In this document: positions 1-11,206 of the stretch, in pieces | Layout of the letters: each line of letters starts with the position of its first letter | Position numbering within the stretch: the first letter of the stretch is position 1 | NCBI GenBank assembly: GCA_002368175.1 | Contig: AP018172.1 | Location: forward strand, 285,599-349,598 | From: Calothrix sp. NIES-2098 | GTDB taxonomy: Bacteria; Cyanobacteriota; Cyanobacteriia; Cyanobacteriales; Nostocaceae | Direction: 5' to 3' | DNA: 64,000 nucleotides | The notes under the pieces: generated by a model | Told to the model about the DNA's origin: nothing | Seen by the model: the letters and a program-made list of their open reading frames with translations, nothing else | Database searches by the model: none | Position numbers and translations under genes: made by a program

Positions 1-588
1 ATTTTTCCGAACTCCCTAGTTTGCTAGTGGTAAAAATCATATTTAACAATCTCGCTGAAAGTATAAATTACAGCTACAAAATGGGAATAATAAAGTTTTT
101 GGGTATTTCCACGGCTTTATATCTAACTGGAAATGTATAGCTTTTTCGTTGTAGTAGTGTCGCAATTATCCCCAAGTAAAGCCAATAAGATTGTGTTAAT
201 AATAGAATTAAAATCTTTAATCTTGAATCTTTTCAGTTGCTTGAGGGCTAATCTAACGTAGCAATAATTGAGCGCGATCGCGCCTCACACTCTACACTAG
301 GAATTGGAGAAAAATAAATCCACATTACTTAGGGGTTATTTATGAGTATGGTGGTTTCCTGACATCCTAGAAAATTTACTGAGGAGATTAATAACGTCTT
401 GTGGCAATGCTGGCAATTTTTGGTAAGCAATTTAATTTACCAAATTTACTGAATTCGATAAAATTGATCGTTGAAAGAATAACTGTTAATAAGTATCTAA
501 AGCGAAATTGTCTACTGAGAGTGCGGTGAAAGATTAAAGATAATTTTCAAAAAAATTCTGTGCAAGTGTCGCTACCAGGTGCGGATCG

Positions 589-1815
589 ATGGATTTATTG
601 GAGTACCAAGTTAAAGAATGGTTTGGAGAAATCGGCATTCCTGTATTGCCCTCCCAAAGAATTGACCATCCTACGGATTTAAAACGATTAAAAATTCGCT
701 ACCCAGTTGTACTAAAATCTCAAGTCCATGCAGCAGAACGGGCGAAAGCTGGTGGAGTCAGGATTGTGGAAACAACAATCGATGCGATCGCTGCTGCTCA
801 AACTATCTTCAATTTACCGATTTGGGGCGAGTTACCGGAAGTATTGCTGGCAGAATCAAAATACGATGCCAGACAAGAATTATATTTAGCTGTGGTTTTA
901 GATACCGCAGTCTGCCGACCAGTACTTTTAGGTTGCAAAGAAGCAGATATTGATTGGGAATCGGCAGGGGAGAAAATGGAGTATGTTGTTGTCGAACAAG
1001 AATTTTCGCCATTTTATGCCCGCAGACTGGCCTTAAAACTCGGTTTAGAAGGCACGCTGATGCAATCGATTAGTCATGTAATCGAGAAGATGTACCAGCT
1101 GTTTATCCAAAAAGACTTAGATTTAGTAGAAATTAATCCCTTGGCAGTTAATGCTTCCGGGCAAGTAATGGCCCTCAATGGTAAGGTGAGAGTTAACGAA
1201 CGGGCAATTGGACGTCATCCCGACATTGCCCCAATGGCAGCAAAAGTAGTCAAAACTCATCACCATAACGAGACTAACGGCCATTTGAGTAAGTGGGATG
1301 GGATAGAAATGCACGGTAAAATCGGCATTCTCGGTAATGGTACGGGTTCTGTATTGGCAACCTTAGATTTGGTGGTGAATGCTGGTGGTAAACCTGGAGT
1401 GTGCTTAAATCTGCGTCATGCTTTTGTCACAGATACAACAGAAACTACATTCTGCGATCGCTTAGATACAAGTTTGAAAATTCTCGCAGCTGATAAAAGT
1501 ATTCAAGTCATCCTAGTCAATCTCTTAGGTAGCATTCCGCAATCTGAAGTATTTGCTGAAGTGATTAGTAAATTTTTGCAACAAGACAAAAGTGAAGTTA
1601 AATCCCCAACGGGACGTACTAATGGCAGCAAACATCGCCGTGAAAGCAATTTGCCCCGCTTAGTTGTCCGCCTTGGCGGTTCTGATTTCAATGCAGCGAG
1701 AAAATATTTAGCCACACTGAAAACTCAAGGCGATATCCTGATCTTAGTGGAAAATTTAGATGAGGCAGTAGCAGAATCAGTTCGTCTAGCCAAGTCAACT
1801 AGTTATAAAAGGTAG
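589..1815 (+). CDS. sucC: succinyl-CoA synthetase beta subunit-like (ATP-grasp, ADP-forming)
   Basis: N-terminus MDLLEYQVKEWF... resembles the SucC N-terminus MNLHEYQAKQLF. ATP-grasp region KSQVHAAERAKAGGV. C-terminal CoA-ligase Gly-rich motif GILGNGTGSVLATLDL. It is followed by a sucD-like gene. Confidence 0.7.
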   Translation: MDLLEYQVKEWFGEIGIPVLPSQRIDHPTDLKRLKIRYPVVLKSQVHAAERAKAGGVRIVETTIDAIAAAQTIFNLPIWGELPEVLLAESKYDARQELYLAVVLDTAVCRPVLLGCKEADIDWESAGEKMEYVVVEQEFSPFYARRLALKLGLEGTLMQSISHVIEKMYQLFIQKDLDLVEINPLAVNASGQVMALNGKVRVNERAIGRHPDIAPMAAKVVKTHHHNETNGHLSKWDGIEMHGKIGILGNGTGSVLATLDLVVNAGGKPGVCLNLRHAFVTDTTETTFCDRLDTSLKILAADKSIQVILVNLLGSIPQSEVFAEVISKFLQQDKSEVKSPTGRTNGSKHRRESNLPRLVVRLGGSDFNAARKYLATLKTQGDILILVENLDEAVAESVRLAKSTSYKR

Positions 1816-2130
1816 TCAAATTTTACCCCCTGTGTAAAAAGGGCTGCAATCAGGATGTTGAAGAAGTATTTTGCTCAACAGATTAACTCTTGTATCAAAC
1901 AAAGATATACAGTCTCGCCACTCATAGGGTAATTACGGGCAATAGACTATTAGTTAATGTGTTATTCAATACTTTTTTAACATCCTTTGAGAATGAGTCG
2001 AATTTAATCAGTATTTAAAGACAATAGTTGTGAATTTTTAGTCAAAATGACATTATGTGACACCATTGTGGATGTCAATCTCCTCCCTGTAACTTCTGGT
2101 GCTGGGATATCAAATTTACCGTAATTTTTT

Positions 2131-3012
2131 ATGAATTTAACGCCAGACAGTAAAGTATTAATCCAAGGGTTCAGTGAATTTATCTCAGCAACTCATATTA
2201 CTCAAATGAAAGCTTATGGTACTAATTTGGTTGCTGGCGTAAATCCTGGATTTGGCGGACAAAAACTCTACGATCTGCCAGTTTTCGATCTGGTTGAGGA
2301 AGTCGTCGGACAATTTGGGCCAATTGACACGACTATTATTTGTGTCAATCCTTATCAAGTATTAGATGCAGCCTTGGAAGCGATCGCCTCTAATATTCAC
2401 CAGATCATCATTATCTCTGCTGGCGTACCTCCTTTAGATATGGTGCAATTACTGCGTAAAGCCGAATCAGTAGAAACTCTGGTAGTAGGCCCCAATAGTC
2501 CGGGAATCATTGTACCGGGAAAAATTCTTTTAGGTACTCACCCCAGCGAATTTTATACCCCTGGCCCCGTAGGAATTGTCAGCCGCAGCAGTACCCTCAC
2601 CTACGAAGTTGCTTGGGAATTAACTAAAGCAGGTTTAGGGCAGTCAATTAGTGTCAGTATTGGTAGCGATGCGATCGTTGGTTCCTCATTTCTGCAATGG
2701 TTACAAATCCTCGATGAAGACGATACTACACAAGCGATCGTCTTAGTAGGTCAACCTGGTGGCGGTAGTGAAGAAGCAGCAGCGCGCTACATTGCTGAAG
2801 CAATTGATAAACCAGTTATTGCCTACATTGCAGGTAGACAAGCGCCACCAGCAAAACATTGGCGTCAAACCGGCACTTTAGCAACAATTATCGGACGCGA
2901 TCCTCACTTTGGTACAGCACAACATAAATTAGCTGCTTTCCAAGAAGCACAAGTTCCAGTCGCTGAACGTCCTTCGCAAATTCCAGATTTGGTACGAAAG
3001 GGTATTCAATAA
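2131..3012 (+). CDS. sucD: succinyl-CoA synthetase alpha subunit-like (CoA-binding)
   Basis: QGFSEFISATHITQMKAYGTNLVAGVNPGFGGQ resembles the SucD N-terminus; STLTYEVAWELTKAGLGQSISVSIGSD matches the SucD core. It lies immediately downstream of the sucC-like gene. Confidence 0.65.
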   Translation: MNLTPDSKVLIQGFSEFISATHITQMKAYGTNLVAGVNPGFGGQKLYDLPVFDLVEEVVGQFGPIDTTIICVNPYQVLDAALEAIASNIHQIIIISAGVPPLDMVQLLRKAESVETLVVGPNSPGIIVPGKILLGTHPSEFYTPGPVGIVSRSSTLTYEVAWELTKAGLGQSISVSIGSDAIVGSSFLQWLQILDEDDTTQAIVLVGQPGGGSEEAAARYIAEAIDKPVIAYIAGRQAPPAKHWRQTGTLATIIGRDPHFGTAQHKLAAFQEAQVPVAERPSQIPDLVRKGIQ

Positions 3013-4566
3013 CTAAATAACTCCATAATTAATCAACTTGTTATTCAAACTCAATTGAGAACTGTTAGCCTACAAGTCGGGTTTTATCCCCTGTTACAAA
3101 ATCATTTCAGGTTCGCCTAAATACTTACAAAAATAATGATGCGGAGATGGAAAGATGCAGGGGACGCGAAAAATTTTTCATCGTCAGTCATTTGGCGGAC
3201 TTAATAACAGGAGTTCTACTCCAAAAGTGTTGTCAATTTTCTACGCTTGCTTATTTATCTGCCTGTGGTAAGATGCCACAACACATATCACAAGAGATAT
3301 AGCAAGTTGAGCAATATTTTCTGCTTTCGTATTTGTCTTTTCTTTAATGGCAAAATGTACAAATTGTCAACCACTAGTAGATAGATATTTTTATAAGGTT
3401 AATATCAATCATTAGCAATATTTTCCTCTGAATATTAAAAAAAAGTATGATCCTCAAGACAGTTTATTAGATAGCTAATATCAAGCTAAGTGCTAGTTAG
3501 ATAGAGTTAATAACTCAGGGTTATCCCCCTAAATATAGAACTTTATCAAATCTATATATATATACCGATCCCAAGCAGGTGATTTCATAAAAACTATATA
3601 AATTAACTCAGCAAAAGATGGTAAAAAATCAGATACAAACGTCAAATCTCAGACATTGCATTTTATAAACTGATAAATATATTCAGCCAAATAAAGTGAT
3701 AATAGTTGCAGAGAAATAAAAATAATTTTCAGCGTTCTCAAGTTATTAGCAGTAGGAGGATAGTTACTAATCTCAAAATCTAACAATCAAAGTTTCCGCC
3801 AATATTTGACAGCACAAATTAAGTTAAGAACAAATTAGCCATTCATTATTTATCGCTGCTAAAACTCAAGAAAGTTAAAAAGTTGATATACCTATCACAA
3901 TTGTGTAAGCAACTTAAAGTTTGGATTTATTTTGCGATAAATAAGGTGTGTCTCATTTGGGAAAATCGCTTTGGCAAGGGAATTCACTTTTGCAAAAATG
4001 ACGCAGAAAGGTTTTCCGGATAATAGCCTGAATCAGCTAGGCTAAATTTTAAGTTTACAGTGGACGTACTCAATTTTTTATTTGATTTTAGCGACGAAAT
4101 AGTTTCGTCATAATATTTTTCCAAATTAGGATGCACCGGAAACTAAGTTCAAAATCCACATCCATACTCTGCTAAAATCATGTATGCATCAAGCTCAACT
4201 ATTTCTAAGCTAGTTCAAAAAACTTAGCTTTTATTTGTTGTATAAGCATACAAGAAAGTAGGAAAAATAATATAAATATTAGTTCCTACTAAAATAATTG
4301 GGAATCCAATTATTGTGGAGAGGATGGCTATGATGCATTTGCTGTCATTAGATTCCTCAATATTTTGAATTCCGTCATTAGGCGAAAGTCATAATTTAAT
4401 AATTAATTAATCAATAAAATTGTAATGTGTTTGCGATCAAAAGCTTACAGGGCAAGGCTTGCAGCAAAAGATAATTACAATTTTTTCCAAGTGTTTATAC
4501 AAATAAAGCTTTAAAGCTTTAGCAACAAAGATAGGCAAGCAACCAGGGTTTAAGAGCTTTAAGAGC

Positions 4567-6612
4567 ATGAACTACTTACTCGTTAAATTTTACGCGGCAG
4601 TTCAAAAAGTCGCTAATACTTTCCTGTGCGGATTGCTGCAACTAAGAAACAAACACTTGTTAGTGTTTGATATAGTTTTGTTTGCAGTTACCCCATTATT
4701 AGCGCTAATTATTCGTTTAGACGGTGATTTTTCCTTAAACGCATACATCAAAGAGTTAGGCACTGCCACCATACTTTTTATAGCAGTCAAACTAACTTTA
4801 TTTTGGAATTTAGGTTTTTATAGACGTTACTGGCGCTATGCTAGTGTTGAAGAATTGACATACATAGCCATGTTGGTGTTGGCTGCGGTAGTCATTCAAA
4901 GTCTTTTATTTGATGTGCTTCAATATATACCTTATTTAAGCAGAGAAAAACTGCCACAATCGCTACCATTTATTGACGGATTACTTTCCTTTACCTTTAT
5001 TGGGGGCTTACGTTTCAGTGTACGAGCCGTAGAAAGAACTAGCCAAAAACAAGTATTTTTGAACCAACACGAAAGGGTGTTAGTAGTTGGTGCTGGAAGT
5101 GCAGGGGTATCCCTCGTCCAAGAAATGCAAAGAAGTCCCCAATTGGGTTTTTATCCTGTAGCTTACATTGATGACGATCCACAAAAATTAAACGTACACA
5201 TCCGTGGGATTCCAGTTATAGGCGATCGCTTCCAAATTCCTGAGGTTGTACAATCTCTCCAGATCCAAAAAGCGATCATTGCAATGCCAACAGTTGCAGG
5301 CAAAGTGATCCGGGAAATTGTCGATATTTGCAAAGCAAGTGGAGTTCAAACTTGCACATTACCTGGCATACATGAAATCCTCAACGGTCGTGTCCGAGTA
5401 GACAGCATTCGCGATGTCAGAATTGAAGACTTGCTCAGACGCGAATCTGTGCAGACAGATATTGAAAGAGTTGCCCAATTTATTGCTGGCAAGAAAGTCT
5501 TCATTACTGGTGCAGGTGGTTCTATTGGTAGCGAACTTTGCCGTCAAATATTTAACTGTCGTCCTGCGGAAATGATCCTGATTGGACATGGAGAAAACTC
5601 TGTCTTCAATATCCAACAGGAATTAGAACAACTGGTTCAAGTCATCAAACAAGATAGCCAAGTAAAACCGAATACCCCACGCATTTCTGCATTCATTGCT
5701 GATATTCGCTTTCGCTATCGCTTAGAACAAGCCTTTGAGCAATTCCAGCCGGATGTGATTTTTCATGCCGCAGCCCATAAGCACGTTCCGCTGATGGAAT
5801 TAAATCCAGCAGAAGCAATCACCAATAACGTCCTCGGCACCAAAAATCTGCTGGAACTGGCAAAGCAGTATGATGTCCAACATTTCGTGATGATCTCTAC
5901 AGACAAGGCAGTTAACCCTACCAATGTCATGGGTGCGAGTAAGCGAGTCGCCGAAATGTTAGTTCTGCAAACTGCCAGAGAGACTGGAAAGCCTTATGTA
6001 GCCGTGCGTTTTGGCAATGTGTTAGGCAGTCGTGGCAGTGTTGTTCCTACCTTCAAAAAACAAATTGCCGCAGGCGGGCCAGTAACCGTTACCCATCCCG
6101 ATATCTGCCGTTATTTCATGACAATACCAGAGGCAGTTCAACTAGTTTTGCAGGCTGTAGTACTGGGTCGCAGTGGGGAAGTATTAATGTTGAATATGGG
6201 CGAACCAGTGAAAATAGTCGATCTAGCCAAAGAACTAATTCACCTTTCGGGATATGAAGTCAACAAAGACATTGACATTGTATTTACAGGTTTACGACCG
6301 GGTGAAAAGTTATTTGAGGAACTATTTATTGAAGGAGAAGAATACGAACCAACTCCCCACGAAAAACTGTTTGTAGTGAAAAATGCTAGTCGAATTATTC
6401 CCGCAAATCTGAATGCGATCGTAGAAAATTTGTGTAAAGCAGCAGATAAAAACGATGGGGCTTTAATTAAATATTTAATTGGGCAATTAGTCACGGGATA
6501 TAGTCCAAAATCTTGGCAATCAGAAGCTCCAATCCATCTCACAACAACCGAGCCAAGAAATTCCGCTAATCAGATAGCTAAAGTAGGAAAAATGAAACCA
6601 CAAGGGGCTTAA
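4567..6612 (+). CDS. polysaccharide biosynthesis protein, CapD/WbpM/PglF-type membrane-anchored NDP-sugar 4,6-dehydratase/epimerase
   Basis: N-terminal multi-TM region. Two Rossmann motifs, VVGAGSAGV and FITGAGGSIGSEL. SDR-like catalytic region. First gene of the same-strand polysaccharide block. Confidence 0.8.
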   Translation: MNYLLVKFYAAVQKVANTFLCGLLQLRNKHLLVFDIVLFAVTPLLALIIRLDGDFSLNAYIKELGTATILFIAVKLTLFWNLGFYRRYWRYASVEELTYIAMLVLAAVVIQSLLFDVLQYIPYLSREKLPQSLPFIDGLLSFTFIGGLRFSVRAVERTSQKQVFLNQHERVLVVGAGSAGVSLVQEMQRSPQLGFYPVAYIDDDPQKLNVHIRGIPVIGDRFQIPEVVQSLQIQKAIIAMPTVAGKVIREIVDICKASGVQTCTLPGIHEILNGRVRVDSIRDVRIEDLLRRESVQTDIERVAQFIAGKKVFITGAGGSIGSELCRQIFNCRPAEMILIGHGENSVFNIQQELEQLVQVIKQDSQVKPNTPRISAFIADIRFRYRLEQAFEQFQPDVIFHAAAHKHVPLMELNPAEAITNNVLGTKNLLELAKQYDVQHFVMISTDKAVNPTNVMGASKRVAEMLVLQTARETGKPYVAVRFGNVLGSRGSVVPTFKKQIAAGGPVTVTHPDICRYFMTIPEAVQLVLQAVVLGRSGEVLMLNMGEPVKIVDLAKELIHLSGYEVNKDIDIVFTGLRPGEKLFEELFIEGEEYEPTPHEKLFVVKNASRIIPANLNAIVENLCKAADKNDGALIKYLIGQLVTGYSPKSWQSEAPIHLTTTEPRNSANQIAKVGKMKPQGA

Positions 6613-6726
6613 AAACAGGAAATAAAGTTTTTAATTCCTGAGGATTATTCCCAAAAATATCTATTAGCGGCAATCAACATCAAGAACCATCAGCATATCA
6701 ATATAATCTTCCAGATATTAAATAGC

Positions 6727-7728
6727 ATGTCGTCTATCACATCGCGATCCTTTTCTTTGCTCGCAAATCTTGCCAAAACATTTGTCAGACGAAAAACTGA
6801 TTGGGTCATTGGAATTTATACAGGGGAATCTCCTGTAAAGTTAGGTTCGCCAAAAAATTTCAGAAATCCAGTCTTGACGGCTAAGGATGTAACCGATGTA
6901 CCAGCCAAGTTTGTCGCTGACCCCTTCATGGTGCGTGAGGATGGCAGTTGGTACCTGTTCTTTGAGGTGCTAAACAATCGCCGAAAAAAAGGAGAAATCG
7001 CCCTAGCAACTAGCAACGATGGATATAGCTGGAAGTATCAACAAATAGTACTGACTGAAGCTTTTCACTTGTCTTATCCTTATGTATTCAAATTTCAAAA
7101 TGAATACTACATGATTCCTGAAAGCTATGAAGCTAATTCGATTAGATTGTACAAAGCTGTTAATTTTCCAACTCAATGGACATTAGTCAAAACTTTATTA
7201 GATGGTAGCGATTATGTAGACTCTTCGATTTTTAATTTCAACGATCGGTGGTGGCTGTTTACCACATCATTTAAAAGCAATATTCTGCGTCTGTTCTATG
7301 CTGATGACTTGATGGGAAATTGGATTGAACATCCTCAAAGCCCTGTGATTGAAGAAAATGTCAATATAGCCAGACCAGGGGGTAGAGTTCTCGTATCAAA
7401 TGGCCAAATTTTCAGATATACCCAGGATGGTGAGGGATTTTATGGTAATCAGGTGCGTGCCTTTGAAATCACTAATTTAACAACAACAAATTATGCAGAA
7501 AAACCAGTCAAAGAAAACCCAATTCTCAAAGGTAGCGGCTTTGGTTGGAATAAAACGGGAATGCATACTATCGATCCCCATCAAATGGAGGATGGTAAAT
7601 GGATAGCCTGTGTAGATGGATATCGCATCGTTGTAGTTTTTGGGCTGGACTTAGATTATTTCAAAAAAGCTCTTAACTTTAGCGAGCCTAGACAAGCTGA
7701 AATTCAATTTAGCAAATCAGGTTCATAG
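6727..7728 (+). CDS. hypothetical protein, possible beta-propeller glycoside-hydrolase-like fold (GH43/GH130-like)
   Basis: ORF of 333 aa with good coding statistics. Motifs DPFMVREDGSWYLFFE and NDGYSW recall 5-bladed propeller hydrolases and phosphorylases. The function is not established. Confidence 0.35.
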   Translation: MSSITSRSFSLLANLAKTFVRRKTDWVIGIYTGESPVKLGSPKNFRNPVLTAKDVTDVPAKFVADPFMVREDGSWYLFFEVLNNRRKKGEIALATSNDGYSWKYQQIVLTEAFHLSYPYVFKFQNEYYMIPESYEANSIRLYKAVNFPTQWTLVKTLLDGSDYVDSSIFNFNDRWWLFTTSFKSNILRLFYADDLMGNWIEHPQSPVIEENVNIARPGGRVLVSNGQIFRYTQDGEGFYGNQVRAFEITNLTTTNYAEKPVKENPILKGSGFGWNKTGMHTIDPHQMEDGKWIACVDGYRIVVVFGLDLDYFKKALNFSEPRQAEIQFSKSGS

Positions 7729-7801
7729 ACGCCAACTGTTAAATAAACCTGCGATCGCTCCTCATGATGAATCCACAGAATTTGAGATAGAAACCGAAAG
7801 G

Positions 7802-9115
7802 ATGCAACAGTACAAATCACTCACACTACGCCGTAACTTCTCCTGGACTTTTGTTGGTAATGCTGTCTATGCAGCTTGCCAATGGGGAATGTTGATGGTG
7901 CTTGCGAAACTCGGTAGTCCGGAGATGGTAGGGCAGTTCACATTAGGGCTGGCAATTACTGCACCCGTATTTATGTTTACAAATCTCGATTTGCGCCATG
8001 TCCAGGCGACAGACGCTAAATCCCAGTATCTCTTCAGCGACTACCTTGGTTTGCGGATCGTCTCAACATTGCTGGCACTTGTGGTGATTGTAGGAATTAC
8101 TTTCAAAGCTGGATACAACTGGGAGACATCGCTAGCCATTTTCCTGGTTGGTTTGGCAAAGGCATTCGAGTCTATTAGCGACGTTTTCTACGGGCTGTTT
8201 CAGCAGAACGAACGAATGGATCGCATTGCCTTTTCGTTGATGATTAGAGGCCCGCTGTCGCTGTTACTGCTAGGTATAGGCGTTTACATGTCGGGTCGCG
8301 TTGTGTGGGGAGTAGTTGGCTTGGCTATGGCTTGGGCTGTGGTTTTGCTTGGCTACGACCTGCGTAATGGCAGATTGCTTCTCAATCATCTGCGAGCAAT
8401 GCCACAGGATGAAAGAGGGAGAAAAGGCGAACAGGCGTTTGCACTGCGGCCTCAGTGGCAAAAGAGAACATTGACAAAACTAGTATGGCTAGCTCTGCCC
8501 ATCGGTTTTACAATGGCGCTCATTTCTCTGAATAGCAACATACCGCGCTATTTTATTGAGCAAAATTTAGGGCAGCGGGAACTGGGAGTTTTTGCAGCGA
8601 TCGCTTACTTAATGGTAGCAGGCAGCATGGTAGTGACTGCTCTAGGACAATCCGCTACTCCTAGGCTGGCTAAATACTATGCAGACGGAAATGGCATCGC
8701 TTTCCGAACACTGCTGATCAAAATGGTAGGGATCGCTACTCTACTTGGCGGAATAGCCGTCTTGCTGGCGCTTGTCGCAGGTAAAGAGATTTTAACCGTT
8801 CTTTACCAACCTGAGTATGCCCAGCATCAAAATTTGTTTGTATGGTTAATGGTTGCAGCTGGCATTGGTTATGTATCTTCTTTTCTCGGTTATGGAATTG
8901 CTGCGGCCAGATACTTCCGTATCCAAGTACCTTTGTTTGCTTTAGTAACAACTTCATCAGCTATAGCTTGTCTCTGGTTGCTGCCAATTTATGGACTACC
9001 AGGAGCAGCATTCGCACTGATGATTTCGGGAATTGTCCAAGCTGTACTCAGTGTAGGAGTTCTCTTTCAAATACTACGCAGGCTTAACAGACAGCAGGAA
9101 GAAGTAACTCTTTAA
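7802..9115 (+). CDS. wzx: Wzx-type oligosaccharide flippase (MOP superfamily polysaccharide biosynthesis protein)
   Basis: 437 aa with about 12 predicted TM helices. Typical N-terminus of polysaccharide-biosynthesis/flippase proteins. Lies in a Wzx/Wzy cluster. Confidence 0.65.
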   Translation: MQQYKSLTLRRNFSWTFVGNAVYAACQWGMLMVLAKLGSPEMVGQFTLGLAITAPVFMFTNLDLRHVQATDAKSQYLFSDYLGLRIVSTLLALVVIVGITFKAGYNWETSLAIFLVGLAKAFESISDVFYGLFQQNERMDRIAFSLMIRGPLSLLLLGIGVYMSGRVVWGVVGLAMAWAVVLLGYDLRNGRLLLNHLRAMPQDERGRKGEQAFALRPQWQKRTLTKLVWLALPIGFTMALISLNSNIPRYFIEQNLGQRELGVFAAIAYLMVAGSMVVTALGQSATPRLAKYYADGNGIAFRTLLIKMVGIATLLGGIAVLLALVAGKEILTVLYQPEYAQHQNLFVWLMVAAGIGYVSSFLGYGIAAARYFRIQVPLFALVTTSSAIACLWLLPIYGLPGAAFALMISGIVQAVLSVGVLFQILRRLNRQQEEVTL

Positions 9116-9163
9116 CAAGTGCAAATCTTCAACCAATTAGTAATACAAAAATCAGGGTGGGTC

Positions 9164-10054
9164 ATGACTAATTTTAAAAAAACTATAAAATCGCTCCTCA
9201 GCAATCTCGCTCAAAATCCTTTAACTAAACCACTTTTATTATCTGTTGCTCGTACTGGTTTATTACCTCAATCAATCTGGCAACGCTTACCAGTTCAGGA
9301 AACTTTTTCTGTTTCACTGTTTGAGGGAAAATCTTTTAAATATTCAAGCATTGCTAATGATGGTATTGGTAGGCATCTGTTTTGGCGCGGCATTAAATCT
9401 TATGAGCCGGAAACGATTAAATTATTCTACAGATTAGTGCAAAAAGCTCATCTATTTTTAGATGTTGGTGCAAACACAGGACTCTTTACCTTAGTGGCTT
9501 TGGCTGCAAATGAAAACTCCCAAGTTATTTCATTTGAACCAGTTCCCAATGTGTATAAACTTTTAGTTTCTAATGTGAAGATTAATGGCTGGACTGAGCG
9601 AGTTCAAGAGCGAAACGAAGCAGTTTCTAATACTCTTGGCTCAACAAAATTACATATTCCTAGTGAAGATGTACCTAAGTCAGCTAGCCTAAATATTCAA
9701 GGATTTAGAGGTATGGAAGGCGCTCTGGTAGATGTGCCAGTAACAACTATCGATGCTGTTTGCACCAGCAATAAAAAAGTAGACTTGATCAAAATTGATG
9801 TTGAGGGATTAGAAGATAAAGTCTTGCAGGGAATGGAAAGGGTATTAAGCGAATCAAAGCCTACCTTAATTATTGAATGTAATCCTGACGATCCATTCCT
9901 AAATGTTGAGAGTATTCTGAGCAAATTTGGTTATCACTTTTTTCACGTACGCGCAGAAGGACCTGTACCGATGGATCGGATTGTCCCAGATGAAACAGGC
10001 CAGTATCGCAACTATTTATGTACTGTTCATCACAACTGGGAGGAAATTAATTAG
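9164..10054 (+). CDS. FkbM-family SAM-dependent methyltransferase
   Basis: DVGANTGLFTLVA SAM-binding motif and FkbM-like layout. The track ORF starts at GTG 9119, but ATG 9164 (MTNFKK) preceded by GGGTGG is the more likely start. Confidence 0.7.
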   Translation: MTNFKKTIKSLLSNLAQNPLTKPLLLSVARTGLLPQSIWQRLPVQETFSVSLFEGKSFKYSSIANDGIGRHLFWRGIKSYEPETIKLFYRLVQKAHLFLDVGANTGLFTLVALAANENSQVISFEPVPNVYKLLVSNVKINGWTERVQERNEAVSNTLGSTKLHIPSEDVPKSASLNIQGFRGMEGALVDVPVTTIDAVCTSNKKVDLIKIDVEGLEDKVLQGMERVLSESKPTLIIECNPDDPFLNVESILSKFGYHFFHVRAEGPVPMDRIVPDETGQYRNYLCTVHHNWEEIN

Positions 10055-10057
10055 GTC

Positions 10058-11206
10058 ATGAAAAAACGCATACTACACGTTGTGGGTGGCATGAATCGGG
10101 GTGGAATTGAAACTTGGCTAATGCAAGTTTTACACCACATAGATCGCGATCGCTTCCAGATGGATTTTTTAGTTCATACAGCACAGCCTTGTGCTTACGA
10201 TGACGAAATTCGCGCCCTTAACAGCCAAATTATTCCCTGTCCGCATACATCTCGACCGTGGACTTATGCCTTGAATTTTCAGCGCATTCTCCGCGACTAC
10301 GGTCCTTACGATATTGTCCATAGCCATGTGCATCTGTTCAGTGGCTATGTCATGCGTTTAGCTTGGCAAGCAGGTGTACCCATTCGCATTGCTCACTGTC
10401 ACACAGATACCTCTGCAATTGAAACCAAGGGAGGGCTTAATCGCCGCTTATATTACTCTTGGATGAAATCTTGGATTAACCGTTATGCCACGCTAGGTCT
10501 GGGAATTAACCCCAAAGCAGTAGCAGCTTTGTTTGGTTCAACCAACGAAACCGATCCGCGTTGGGGAGTTATTGGTTATTGCATTGACCCGACTCCATTT
10601 CGGGATGAAGTGGATAAACTAACTGTGCGCGCTGAACTTGGTATTCCTGCCGATGTTTTTGTTGTTGGTCACATTGGCAGATTTGTAGAAGTTAAAAATC
10701 ATACATTTATCCTTGACGTTGCCGCAGAATTAGCTCAGAGAGAACCAAAAATGCGCCTGTTATTAGTGGGAGATGGTTCGCTGCGCCCAGAAATGGAACA
10801 AAAAGCCCAGCAGTTGGGTTTAAGCGATCGCGTCATTTTTGCTGGTGTCCGGTCTGATATTCCCCGACTTATGTTAGGTGCTATGGATATTTTTCTGTTT
10901 CCATCACTGTTTGAGGGTCTGGGAAATGTGCGCTTAGAAGCACAAGCGGCTGGGTTACGCAGTGTGATTTCCAATGTGGTTCCAGAAGAAGGCGATGTCA
11001 TCCAACCTCTAGTGCAGCGACTATCTCTAAATGAACCAGCTGCTAAATGGGCGGAAGTAATTTTAGCTTGGCGAAATACAGCACCTGCCATTAGTCAATC
11101 TGATGCTTTAGCAATAATGGCAAATAGTAAGTTCAGCATCGAAACCTGTGTTAAGGACTTAGAGAAGATTTATCAAGCTCAAATATCTCAGGAGGTTGTG
11201 GTATGA
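10058..11206 (+). CDS. glycosyltransferase family 4 (GT-B)
   Basis: N-terminus MKKRILHVVGGMNRGGIETW. C-terminal EGLGNVRLEAQAAGL, which is the EX7E-type GT4 motif. Confidence 0.8.
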   Translation: MKKRILHVVGGMNRGGIETWLMQVLHHIDRDRFQMDFLVHTAQPCAYDDEIRALNSQIIPCPHTSRPWTYALNFQRILRDYGPYDIVHSHVHLFSGYVMRLAWQAGVPIRIAHCHTDTSAIETKGGLNRRLYYSWMKSWINRYATLGLGINPKAVAALFGSTNETDPRWGVIGYCIDPTPFRDEVDKLTVRAELGIPADVFVVGHIGRFVEVKNHTFILDVAAELAQREPKMRLLLVGDGSLRPEMEQKAQQLGLSDRVIFAGVRSDIPRLMLGAMDIFLFPSLFEGLGNVRLEAQAAGLRSVISNVVPEEGDVIQPLVQRLSLNEPAAKWAEVILAWRNTAPAISQSDALAIMANSKFSIETCVKDLEKIYQAQISQEVVV

